Below, in pieces: positions 20,301 through 29,778 of a DNA stretch of 64,000 bases. Made by a program: the position numbers and the translations under genes. Positions within the stretch are counted from its first letter, which is position 1; each line of letters opens with the position of its first letter. The notes under the pieces were generated by a model. It was given only the letters and a program-made list of their open reading frames with translations. It was not told the origin of the DNA and ran no database searches. The DNA is from Alphaproteobacteria bacterium (lineage in GTDB: Bacteria > Pseudomonadota > Alphaproteobacteria > Bin95): NCBI GenBank assembly GCA_964291285.2, contig OZ219788.1, positions 672,001-736,000 of the forward strand, given 5' to 3'.

Positions 20301-20774
20301 GCCGTGACGTTGCAGGGTGTCGAACGGCTGGCAAGCGCCCTGATCCTGCCCCACCCCGGGCGCGAGTCGGCGGAAGTCCGGCGGCTGCGCCCCAATCCGG
20401 AAACCGAGATGACCGCGATGCGCGTGGTCATGGAGTTCGAAACGGCGCGGGGATGCCGGGTCGATGACGTGCACGAGCAGAATCTCGGCTACGACATCAC
20501 CAGCCTCGACCTGCAATCCGGCGAGCTTCGCCTGATCGAGATCAAGGGGCTCGCCGGAACGACCGGCAGCATCCTGTTGACCCCGAACGAGCGCCGGGTC
20601 GCCGAAGACCGTCGCGACTGCTACTGGCTCTATGTAGTGACCGATTGCGCCGGCGAACCCCGGCTTCAGGAGCCGGTCCCGGACCCGGCCCGGTTCCCGT
20701 GGCGCGAGGTCACCGAGGTGCAGCACTACTGGCTCGACATGGATGCGCTCCATGCCACTGGAGGGGACCGATGA
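17370..20774 (+). CDS. SNF2-family helicase with C-terminal DUF3883-like nuclease domain
   Basis: LLADDAGAGKT, DEAH, LTATPH, EGINLQ, WNPNRLEQRMGRIHRYGQ; C-terminal GYDI..IEIKG (PD-(D/E)xK). Confidence 0.92.
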   Translation: MSDPPPIRDGQILTGALFSEPMRVETVRANGAGSWVAGLVGTRTERFRSVALTADDIASLTISGSAMSYDGDGRLLRLGLKAHALGIAHEFDPYFGLSISRVDPLPHQLEAVYEHLLKLSTVRFLLADDAGAGKTVMAGLLVRELKLRGLAERILVVCPANLTFQWQRELREKFDEKFLVLKGGDIRDQFGVNQWLEQPQVLTSLDLAKRDDILPGLRQVHWDLVIVDEAHRMSWSPPAGKTARYALGELLRDRADHILLLTATPHKGDPQNFTRFLQLLDRDAYADIKSIREAMARRRAPFYLRRTKEAMVYFPERQSNGEWQARPVFTRRIPRTVGFAIDDAELELYKEITRFVKRQSKKAADQGDDPRARAVGFLMALYQRRLASSTCAMRRSLDNRARRLEEGLKRAQTMAQSAPPVLPDPEEIEEMEEAERERLEALLDAVTLAGNAEQVRAEITELKQFAESARAVEQAGNEAKLARLKDILLKEGFFDRPDQRLLLFTEFRDTLDYLMDRLTAWGFRVGCIHGGMKPGSRDEPNSRLHAEQQFREGNIQILVATEAAGEGINLQCCHILFNYDIPWNPNRLEQRMGRIHRYGQREDCLIFNFVATNTIEGRVLERLMTKLQEIRDALDDDAVFNVVGEVLPAAQVERVLRDYYAGRLGDADLEDRILRDVDEGRFRAICQTALEGLATRKLNLDMLVERQAKAQEQRVVPEDIARFMQECARDAALTLKPAGGLAHAFDPGRTPPALRKYERDADWKLPQLTARYPRLSTDRETADANNLEWVTPGHPLFEALRRRGLEAAEGAFARGACFHSLNHEAPARFDVYRAKAVDGLGRSVHERLFAVELAADGEPRLREPQFLGDLTPAAVPQALPAAASLPEARDWLYEAALVTFLEEVRSERAAEVTRVAKHVELSLTEVLLRADEEIGRTAEDAKEGVAGAEGRLAQAEARHAEALERRDRRRAELERERAVTLQGVERLASALILPHPGRESAEVRRLRPNPETEMTAMRVVMEFETARGCRVDDVHEQNLGYDITSLDLQSGELRLIEIKGLAGTTGSILLTPNERRVAEDRRDCYWLYVVTDCAGEPRLQEPVPDPARFPWREVTEVQHYWLDMDALHATGGDR

Positions 20775-21157
20775 CCGAGAAGGTCAAGCATCTTGAACTC
20801 ATTCAAGGCGTGGTCAATCGCCTTGCCACAAACTCGTTCCGTATCAAGGGATGGACCGTCATCCTCGTGTCGGCGCTTCTCGTTCTACTCGTCCGGGAAG
20901 GCCGGACCGATCTCGCCTGGGTCGGCTTCGTCCCGGTGTTCGTCTTCTGGGGGCTTGACGGCTACTTCCTGTGGCAGGAGCGACGGTTTCGCGATCTTTA
21001 CGATCATGTCCGCGTGCTGCAGAAGGATGATACAGACTTCTCGATGGATACCTCGGCGTTTCGCCGCCCCTGGCTTGGCGCGGTATTTTCGATCACCTTG
21101 TGCCCGTTCTATCTTGCATTGGCCATTTCGGTCGCTGTCGCCCTGTTGCTCGGATAA
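20771..21157 (+). CDS. Small membrane protein (3 predicted TM), TIR-associated putative effector
   Basis: KHLELIQGVVNRLATNSFRIKGW..LDGYFLWQERRFR, hydrophobic segments; ATGA-coupled to the helicase. Confidence 0.75.
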   Translation: MTEKVKHLELIQGVVNRLATNSFRIKGWTVILVSALLVLLVREGRTDLAWVGFVPVFVFWGLDGYFLWQERRFRDLYDHVRVLQKDDTDFSMDTSAFRRPWLGAVFSITLCPFYLALAISVAVALLLG

Positions 21158-21181
21158 TCAGGTACAAGGAGATATGACACC

Positions 21182-21670
21182 ATGAAACGCCGCGTGTTTT
21201 ACAGCTTTCACTACGATCGGGACTCTTGGAGAGCCGCCATGGTGAGAAACATCGGAGCCCTGGACGGGAATGAACCAGCTACCGACAATGACTGGGAGAA
21301 GGTCAAGAGGGGTGGCGACCTCGCTATCAAGAGATGGATTGCCGAACAGATGGAAGGCCGCACATGCTGCGTTGTTCTGGTAGGGTCAAGAACTGCCAAT
21401 CGAAAGTGGATTAATTACGAGATCATCAAGGCATGGAACAAGGGTATGGGTCTGGTTGGCATATGCATACACGGTTTGAAAGACCGTGAGGGGCACATCT
21501 CTTCAAAGGGCAATAATCCGTTCGATTACATCACCTATCGGGGCACAAAGTTATCGTCTATTGTAAAGCGCTACGATCCACCAGGAAACAGCCGCGAACG
21601 CTATAACTGGATCGCTGAGCACCTTGCGAATGCGGTTGAGGAGGCCATCCGGATTCGGAATGGACAATAA
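21182..21670 (+). CDS. TIR-domain protein (DUF1863 / Thoeris ThsB-like)
   Basis: RRVFYSFHY, VVLVG and RKWINYEI (catalytic Glu) motifs; lower GC than flanks. Confidence 0.88.
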   Translation: MKRRVFYSFHYDRDSWRAAMVRNIGALDGNEPATDNDWEKVKRGGDLAIKRWIAEQMEGRTCCVVLVGSRTANRKWINYEIIKAWNKGMGLVGICIHGLKDREGHISSKGNNPFDYITYRGTKLSSIVKRYDPPGNSRERYNWIAEHLANAVEEAIRIRNGQ

Positions 21671-21703
21671 CTGCGTAGTTCGGCTTGTTGGCGAGGTGCG
21701 CCG

Positions 21704-24685
21704 ATGATCCCCCGGGGATGCAAGCGTCTGGCTGAGGTGGATTTTCCGATCGCGGCGGTGTCGCGCCATGCGGTGCGCGAGAAGTCGATCCGCCACGGCC
21801 ATCCCTCGACGCTGCATCTGTGGTGGGCGCGGCGGCCTCTGGCCTCCTCGCGGGCCATGCTCCTGGCGCTCCTGTTCCCGGACCCCTGCGATCCCGAATG
21901 TCCGGACGACTTCAAGGAAGCGGCGCGCAAGGCTCTGCCGGCGGTCGGTTGCGGGCGCGGCGAAACCGATGCGGATATCCGGCGCGGCCTGCTGAAGTTC
22001 ATCGCAGACTTCGCCAACTGGGACCTCAGCACAAAGCTACCTTGGCTGGAGGCGGGCCGAGCGCTCGTCAGGGCCGCCCATGGAGAAGAACCGCCCCTGG
22101 TGGTGGATCCGTTTGCCGGCGGCGGGTCGATCCCGCTGGAGGCACTGCGGCTCGGCTGCGAGGCGTTCGCGAGCGATCTCAACCCCGTGGCCTGCCTCAT
22201 CCTCAAGGCGATGCTCGAGGACATTCCGCGCCACGGCCCGGAATTGGCCGACGAGCTGCGCAAGGCTGGCGCGGAAATCAGGCGGCAGGCCGAACGGGAA
22301 CTGTCCGACCTGTATCCGGCCGACCCCGACGGCGCGGTGCCCATCGCCTATCTGTGGGCGCGCACGGTGCGCTGCGAGGCGCCGGACTGCGGCGCCGAAA
22401 TCCCGCTCATGCGCTCCTTCTGGCTGTGCCGGAAGGCGAAGCGCAAGCGCGCCTTGCGCCATGCCGTCGAACGGGTCGAGGGAGCGCCGCCGCGGGTGGC
22501 GTTCGAAGTGTTCGAACCCGTGGCCGAAAGCGAGGTGCGCGGCGGCACGGTGACGCGCGCCAGGGCGACCTGCCTGTGCTGCGGCGCGGTCCTGCCGCCG
22601 GAGCGCGTGCGCGCGCAACTCGCCGCCCGGCGCGGCGGCGCGGATGTGGTTTTCGACGAGACCGGCAACCGGGCCGGCGGGGCGCGGATGACGGCGGTGG
22701 TGACCCTCCGGCCGAACGAGGCGGGACGGCACTATCGCCTGCCGACGAAGGCCGACTACGCCGCGGTCCGGGCGGCACAGGCGCGGGTTGCCGGAATCCT
22801 GGAAGACTGGGAGCGCGGCGGCAAGCAGGGGTTGTGTCCCATACCGGATGAACCCCTGCCGCCCATAGGCACGTTGGGCTTCCGCGTCCAGCGCTACGGG
22901 ATGCTCCGGTGGGGCGACCTGTTCACCGCTCGGCAGAAGGCGGCTTTATACTCGGTCGCTTCGAAAATCGCGAAAACCAATACCCGGGCAATCTCGGGAA
23001 TAGTGTCGCTAGCGCTGGGGAAGTTGGCAGATCTTGGGAATGCTGGTGCACCATGGAAGCCGGATGCGGAGTGTCCAGTGCACATGCTTTCTAGTCAGAA
23101 AATCCCACCATTTTGGGATTGGACAGAATCGTTACCCTTCGGAGAAAGCAGCGGCTCTTTCTTTTCTTCATTTGACCGTAGCGCCCATACGCTTGGCGCT
23201 GCTTTCTCTATTCCATTTCCTACCACCGGAACAGTTCAGTTAGCCGACTCTGCGATTCACCCACTGCCCGACCAAACTACCAATATCTGGTTCACCGATC
23301 CGCCATACTACGATGCCATTCCCTACTCGGATCTCTCCGACTTCTTTCTGGTCTGGCTGAAACGCAGTCTACCCGATCACTTTCTTCTTCGGGACCCCTT
23401 CGATCCTGAAAATCCCCTCTCACCCAAGACACGCGAAGCGGTGCAGGACGAAACGAAGGAGACCGACGGTCGATCCAAGGACCGCGAATGGTTCGAAGAC
23501 ACGATGGGAAAGGCCTTCGCCGAGGGGCGGCGCGTTCTCGCCGAGGACGGCATCGGATCGGTCGTGTTCGCCCACAAGACCACCGAAGGCTGGGAAGCCC
23601 TGCTCTCCGGCATGATCCGGGGCGGCTGGACCATCACGGGTTCCTGGCCGATCGCAACGGAAATGGGATCTCGCCTCCGCGCCCGGGACTCCGCCGCCCT
23701 CGCGACCAGCGTCCACCTTGTCTGCCGCCCGCGCCCGGCGGATGCCCCGGTTGGCGAGTGGGCCGAGGTGCTCAAGGAACTGCCCCTGCGGGTTGCCGAC
23801 TGGATGGCGCGCCTGCAAGGCGAAGGCGTGCGGGGCGCCGATCTCGTCTTCGCCTGCATCGGCCCCGCCCTGGAGATCTTCAGCCGCTGCCGCGCCGTCG
23901 AGACGGCGGAGGGCCAAACGGTCAGCCTGTCGACATATCTGGAGAAGGTCTGGGAAGTGGTAGGCCGCGCCGCCCTCGAACAGGTGCTCGGCACGGCGGA
24001 GGCCGCCGCCCGCAACGGCATGACCGGCGCGCTGGAGGAAGACGCCCGCCTGTCCGCCCTCTTCCTGTGGGCGTTTCAGGGGACGAACGAATTGCGGGAC
24101 AGTGGACCGGACGATTCCGCGGCCTCCGAACCGGACGACACCCTCGAAGAAGAGGTCGCCAGGGCGACCGCCGGGGGATTCCGCTTGCCGTTCGATGTCG
24201 TGCGGCGCTTCTCCCAGCCCATGGGCATCGACCTCGACCGTTGGACAGGGCGGGTAATTGCCCAGGAGAAAGGCATCGTCCGCCTGCTCCCGGTTGCGGA
24301 ACGCGCAAAGACGCTGCTTGGCGCCGACGGTGCCCGCAGCGTCCCCGAATGGATCGAGGCCGGCGCAAGTGCCGACGCGCAGCCAACGCTGTTCTCCGAG
24401 CTTGACCCGGCGCCGGACGCCTCGCGGCCCGAGCGGGCGGGGCGCAACGGTTTCGACCCGGATTCCGACCTGCAATCGCCGGATGCGACCGTCCTGGACC
24501 GGGTTCATACGGCGATGCTGCTCCAGACGGGCGGGCATTCGAACGCCTTGCGTCGATTGATCGTTTCCGAACAGGAGCGCGGACCGGACTTCCTGCGCCT
24601 CGCCAACGCGCTTTCCGCCCTCTACCCGCGCGGCAGCCGCGAGAAGCGGGTTCTGGACGCCATGCTGCTGGCGGCGCCGAGGTGA
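21704..24685 (+). CDS. DUF1156-domain amino-DNA methyltransferase
   Basis: LHLWWARRPL, DPFAGGGSIPLE (SAM-binding) and TDPPYYD (catalytic) motifs, CxxC pairs. Confidence 0.92.
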   Translation: MIPRGCKRLAEVDFPIAAVSRHAVREKSIRHGHPSTLHLWWARRPLASSRAMLLALLFPDPCDPECPDDFKEAARKALPAVGCGRGETDADIRRGLLKFIADFANWDLSTKLPWLEAGRALVRAAHGEEPPLVVDPFAGGGSIPLEALRLGCEAFASDLNPVACLILKAMLEDIPRHGPELADELRKAGAEIRRQAERELSDLYPADPDGAVPIAYLWARTVRCEAPDCGAEIPLMRSFWLCRKAKRKRALRHAVERVEGAPPRVAFEVFEPVAESEVRGGTVTRARATCLCCGAVLPPERVRAQLAARRGGADVVFDETGNRAGGARMTAVVTLRPNEAGRHYRLPTKADYAAVRAAQARVAGILEDWERGGKQGLCPIPDEPLPPIGTLGFRVQRYGMLRWGDLFTARQKAALYSVASKIAKTNTRAISGIVSLALGKLADLGNAGAPWKPDAECPVHMLSSQKIPPFWDWTESLPFGESSGSFFSSFDRSAHTLGAAFSIPFPTTGTVQLADSAIHPLPDQTTNIWFTDPPYYDAIPYSDLSDFFLVWLKRSLPDHFLLRDPFDPENPLSPKTREAVQDETKETDGRSKDREWFEDTMGKAFAEGRRVLAEDGIGSVVFAHKTTEGWEALLSGMIRGGWTITGSWPIATEMGSRLRARDSAALATSVHLVCRPRPADAPVGEWAEVLKELPLRVADWMARLQGEGVRGADLVFACIGPALEIFSRCRAVETAEGQTVSLSTYLEKVWEVVGRAALEQVLGTAEAAARNGMTGALEEDARLSALFLWAFQGTNELRDSGPDDSAASEPDDTLEEEVARATAGGFRLPFDVVRRFSQPMGIDLDRWTGRVIAQEKGIVRLLPVAERAKTLLGADGARSVPEWIEAGASADAQPTLFSELDPAPDASRPERAGRNGFDPDSDLQSPDATVLDRVHTAMLLQTGGHSNALRRLIVSEQERGPDFLRLANALSALYPRGSREKRVLDAMLLAAPR

Positions 24686-24811
24686 CGCCATGACGCCCCG
24701 GATCGCCGAACGACAATCCCCGGGCCTGTCGGCGCCGCGAGACCGGGCCGGCGGCGGGCTTCATCCGGCGGGGCCGGGAACCAGGGAACGTAATCGAAGG
24801 AGGACAGGATC

Positions 24812-25069
24812 ATGACGGAAGAAACCGAACTGCTGGACCGTATCACCGTGCGGGCCGATATCTTCGGCGGCAAGCCGATCATCCGCGACATGCGCATCGC
24901 GGTGGAGCATGTGCTGGGCAAGCTGGCGGCGGGAGACAGTGCGGAAAGCATCCTCGACGAGTATCCGTTTCTCGAGCCCGAGGATATCCGGGCCTGCCTG
25001 GTCTTCGCCCATCGTTCGCTGGCCGGCGAGCGTGTCCATGACCGCATTTCCGTGCGACAGGCTTCGTGA
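24812..25069 (+). CDS. DUF433-family antitoxin
   Basis: IFGGKPIIRDMRIAVE..YPFLEPEDIRACL. Confidence 0.9.
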   Translation: MTEETELLDRITVRADIFGGKPIIRDMRIAVEHVLGKLAAGDSAESILDEYPFLEPEDIRACLVFAHRSLAGERVHDRISVRQAS

Positions 25070-25440
25070 AGTTTCTTCTCGATGTCTGCGTGGCGTCGCG
25101 CATCCTGCACCGGACCCTGATCGATCTCGGGCACGATGTGCTGTCCGCCCGCGACGGACATGCGAACGCCTCGGACGAGGCGCTGCTCGCCATCGCCCGC
25201 CGCGAAGACCGGGTGCTGGTCACCGAGGACAAGGACTTCGGCGAGCTTGTCTTTCTGCGCGGCCTGCCGCATCCGTGTATCGTTCGGCTCGACGGGTTGA
25301 CGGCCATGGAGGAAGCGGCAGTCATGCGGGACCTGATCGAGCGCCAGGGCGCTGCAATGCGCAAGGGTGCCATTATCGTGGTCACCGGAAGGCGCGTGCG
25401 GATACGGCCGGCGGGAAATGTCGAGAGCGGCAATGACTAG
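25066..25440 (+). CDS. DUF5615 PIN-like toxin
   Basis: MKFLLD, SDEALL and VLVTEDKDFGEL motifs; GTGA overlap with DUF433. Confidence 0.9.
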   Translation: MKFLLDVCVASRILHRTLIDLGHDVLSARDGHANASDEALLAIARREDRVLVTEDKDFGELVFLRGLPHPCIVRLDGLTAMEEAAVMRDLIERQGAAMRKGAIIVVTGRRVRIRPAGNVESGND

Positions 25441-28236
25441 GCATCCCTGGCACAAGGTCGTCACGCCCCGGCAGGAGGTGCGGGAAGGGCGCTCCTTCAG
25501 CCCGGACGAATTCGCCATCGCGCTGGAACAGGTGGTTGTCGGCACGGCGCCGCCCGACTACCGCGACCCGGCGCAGTTCTTCTCGCGCACCTGCTTCACC
25601 CGTGCGCTGACAGACCATGCCGGCATGGTGCTGCGCCGCCTCGCCGGCGCAACGCAGAACACTTCGCCGGTGCTTACCCTCGTCACCCAGTTCGGCGGCG
25701 GCAAGACCCATACCTTGACGGCGCTCTACCATCTCGCCAACGCCGGCAACGGGGTTGCAAGCCTGCCGGGCGTGTCCGGTCTGCTTGCGGCGGCAGGCGT
25801 TTCAAGCCTTCCCGAAGCGCGGGTCGGGGTGTTCGTGGGCAATGCCTGGGATCCCTCCGAAGGCCGCGAGACGCCGTGGATCGACTTGGCCCACCAGCTT
25901 GCCGGAGACCGGGGCGTCGCCGCCCTCGGAACGGCGGCGAAGACCACGCCGCCCGGGACCGAGGCTCTCGGCCGGGTGTTCGCCGCCGCAGAGGCGCCCG
26001 TGCTGCTGCTCTTCGACGAGGTCCTGAACTTCGTCAACCGCCATCGCGACCGGGCCGAGAGCTTCCACGCCTTCATCCAGAATCTGACGGTCGCCGTTAC
26101 GGGGGCCGCCGGGGCGGCGGCGGTCATCAGCCTACCGCGCAGCCAGGTGGAGATGACGGACTGGGACCGCCAATGGCAGGACCGCATCACCAAGGTGGTG
26201 CGCCGCGTCGCCCGCGACCTGATCGCCAATGACGAGGCCGAGATCGGCGACGTGGTGCGTCGGCGGCTGTTCGAGGACCTCGGCGACGAGCGGATACGCA
26301 AGCGAGTTTCGAAGACCTGCGCGGACTGGTGTTTCGAGCGGACCGCCCGCCTGCCTTCAGAATGGATGTCCGTGGACAGTGCGACCACAGAGACCAGGGC
26401 GCGCGAGTTTCTGAGGCGCCGGTTCGAGGCCTGCTATCCCTTCCACCCTTCGACGCTCTCCGTCTTCCGGAGGAAATGGAGCGCGCTTCCCCAGTTCCAG
26501 CAGACCCGCGGTACGCTTGCCATGCTGGCCCAGTGGATCTCCTGGGCGGCGCGCCAGCACTTCCGGCAGGCGCGGACGGAGCCGTTGATCACGCTCGGTT
26601 CGGCGCCGCTGCATGTGCCGGAGTTCCGCGCGGTCGTGCTCGGCCAGTTGGGCGAGCAACGGCTCGATGTGGCGATAGCCGCCGATCTTGTGGGCGACAC
26701 GGCCCATGCCCGCGCGCTGGATGCCGACACGAAAGGGGCGCTGCGCGACATTCACCGCCGGGTCGGCGCGGCCATCCTGTTCGAGTCTTCCGGCGGGCAG
26801 GTAGAGAAGGTGGCGCACCTTCCCGAACTGCGCTTCGCCCTGGGCGAACCCGAGGTGGATACCACGTCCGTCGACAATGCGGCCGGGGCGCTGGAAGCGG
26901 CGGGGTTCTTCATCCGCAAGATCGGTACGGACGGTTTCCGCATCCATCACCAGGCGACCCTGAAGAAGGTCGTCAGCGACCGCCGCGCCGCGCTCGACGA
27001 AGACACGGAAATCCGGCCGGCGATCCGCAAGCTGGTGAAGGAAGAATTCGACCGGGGCGCCAGTTTACCGGTCGTTGCCTTCCCGGAAGACGGCGCCGCC
27101 GTTCCGGACACGCCGCGCCTTGCGCTGGTCGTCGTCGACCCGGAGGCGGAGTGGCAGCCCGGCCAAGGCGCCGCGGAGCGGATTGCGCTATGGACAAGGC
27201 AGCGAGGCGCTTCGCCGCGGCTTTATCCCGCCTCCCTGGTCTGGTGCGTCAGGAAGCCGGGGCGCGAACTCAGGGAACGCGCGGAGCTGTGGCTCGCCTG
27301 GCAGCGGGTCTCCCGCGAAGTGGCCGAAGGCGTGCTCGGCACGGAGTTCGACCGGGCGGACCGGGACGAGGTGCGGACCAAGGTCAGGGACGCGGAAAAC
27401 GCAGCGCGGGACGAGGTGTGGGGCGGCTACCGCTTCGTGGCGCTCGCCGACGCCAGGGCCGAGACCGGACTCAAGACCATCGATCTCGGCGCGGGGCACA
27501 GCAGCGCCAGCGAGACGCTCTGCGGCCGCGTGATCACGGCGCTCAGGACCGAAGCACTGCTCAACGAATCCGTAGGCGCGGGCTATCTCGACCGCCACTG
27601 GCCGCCGGCCTTGAGGGAAAGCGGGGCCTGGCCGCTTACCGGCCTGCGCCAGAGCTTTCTCGACGGGTCGCTGACCCGGCTCGTCGATCCGGATGCCGTC
27701 CTGCGCCGCAAGATCGTCGAATTTGTCGCGAACGGCGACTTCGGCCTCGCATCGGGCACGATGGCGGACGGCGGGTACGGACGGATCTGGCACGCCGAGC
27801 CGGTCGGGGCGGAGGAAGTTGCGTTCGAACCGGACGTGTTCCTGTTGACCAGGGCCCGCAGCGAGGAGATTCGGGCGGTGGAAGCGCCCGGGCTGCAAAC
27901 GGCGCCAGACGCCGATGTACCAGACGCCGATACGCCGATACACCGACGCCTCCCAAACCCGGCCCCGATGCCGCGCAGGAGCCCGGGACTGAAAACGAAC
28001 CGCGCGGAAACGCCCCCCCGGTCCGATTGCGCCTGGCTGGAGTCGTACCGCCGGAAGTCTGGAACCGTCTCGGCACGAAGGTCGTTCCCAGGCTGCGGGC
28101 CGGCAAGGGGCTTGTCGTGGAGGTGAAGTTCGAAGCCGAGATTCCAGCAAACGCTCTCGCCGCCATGGAAGACGACCTCCGGCGAACACTGGAAGACCTG
28201 GACCTGGGGGATACAGTCCGTATCGAACGGCTATAG
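25433..28236 (+). pseudogene. DUF499-family ATPase, frameshifted near the C-terminus
   Basis: TQFGGGKTH, LLFDE and YPFHP motifs; an 8-bp duplication at 27924-27939 moves the tail (VPPEVWNRLGTK..) into another frame ending at 28236. Confidence 0.85.
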
Positions 28237-28305
28237 GCGCTGGCGGGTGGAAACGGTCGCTCGGGGAATATCGCCGTCCTGCAAGCTCTCCGGCGAGGAA
28301 ACAGT

Positions 28306-29075
28306 TCAACCCGCAACACCGGAAACATAGGATGGCTTTCTGGCATCCACGATTCGCATAAGGTGGTTCCCAGCATGATGACTTCCATGGCCTCCTGCGG
28401 ATCGTTCATGTGAACGTCGCGATGGGAATTCGGGTTCTTGTATGCGCCGATCGCCCCAGAGAAAAGCTGCATTCGTGCTGCCTTTTCATCCTTTCCCATA
28501 TCCATGTCGGTCAGAACCCCTCCCTCGGGTTTGAATGCTTCCTGCATGAGAACGCGGCCGATACAAGTATCAGGGAGGCGGGTGGCTTCCCGGACGAAAA
28601 CTTCGACGCCCTTCATGGCTTGAAATACGGCGACATCGAAGTCACCACGGACGAATGCACACCACACCTTGTCCGCAATCCGGGGATGGAGAACCTCTTT
28701 TGGGAGAATTCGCGCAACTCTGGAGTTTGCAAATTCCGTTTCATCTTCGTATTGATGTGCCCGTCGACTCAGGATGCGGAAACCGTGTTGACCATTCCTG
28801 TCAGGGCTCGGGATGAGCATCCCCTGCGCCTCCAGCCATGCCCAAGCCTCACAAATGGCGACCTTTATCTCTTCTTCGTGTTCCTCGACAGACCAAAAAT
28901 CGGATACGCGGTTTCCAGTTACTGTCATGCCGTTCAAGAAATTGCCAAGATGCACCGACTTGTCGCCTTTCTTGATCCGTCGACGCAGCACAAACAACAG
29001 CTTCGCGCCGAGTTCCTCCGGTTCCAGGGCCAGAAACTGTTCAGTATCTGGTATTCTTTCCGCGAGTTCCCGCAT
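28306..29075 (-). pseudogene. TIGR02391-family protein with a frameshift in the last ~20 codons
   Basis: LHPRI..FDVAVFQAMKGVEV..LFSGAIGAYKNPNSH; the tail NHLMRIVD is in another frame; low GC. Confidence 0.75.
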
Positions 29076-29284
29076 TGCTCTTCCTTTTTTCAACGAAGAT
29101 TGCGGATTTCAGTGATTCTGTCCAGGGGTTTCGGCAAGTCGCGACCAGCCTTGGGCGTGGCTCCGGGCACCTGGTTTTCGGTCAGCCGGGATTGACCGGG
29201 ACGGTGGCGGTCGCAGTCAAGTCAGGCTTGTCGTTCTTCCTTCTCATGCTTGCGCTGTTCTGGCTACCCTTTGGGCGCCCCCGC

Positions 29285-29374
29285 TCACCCGGCAGCCCCC
29301 AGCGTGCGGGGCGAGAGCCCGAGCCGCGCCGCCACATGCCGCGTGCCCATGAATTCCGGTTCGGTCGCGCCCAT
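29285..29374 (-). pseudogene. Truncated excisionase-like HTH remnant
   Basis: EFMGTRHVAARLGLSPRTL followed by a premature stop. Confidence 0.4.
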
Positions 29375-29778
29375 CCCGCTCTCCTCCAGGTCCTTCCCGG
29401 CGCCGCCCGCAACGGCCCGGCAACCGGCGTCACTCTGGAGACCGCCGGCCTGCCTTGCGAAGGGATCGGTCAGGGGATTTCCACCGCCCCGGACATGCGC
29501 GCCAGCCCTGCCCCGAACCGCCGACACGCCGGATGCGCACGCTCCGAAGCTCACGGCCGCCGCACGATTGCCGCCCGGCGCATTCGGACCGGTGTCCGCG
29601 GATGTACGGCCAGTCCCGGCTTGCCCGTCCGCTCGCCGAACGACTCGACGGCGTTTCACGCGCGCGGCGGGAGACGGGCCGGGTTGTCATCCCGCAGCGG
29701 AATCATCGTCATGCCCTTCGGGCGTATCCGTTCGGGTTCCGGGGGATCGTATGCCTCCACGGATTTTCTGACTGGTAA

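Noticed and set aside
21182-21670. Canonical Thoeris system
   Set aside because: No SIR2-SLOG or Macro-TM ThsA gene adjacent.
27636-29093. 485-aa ORF as a real fusion protein
   Set aside because: The C-terminal half results from a frameshift and overlaps the DUF499 tail on the opposite strand.
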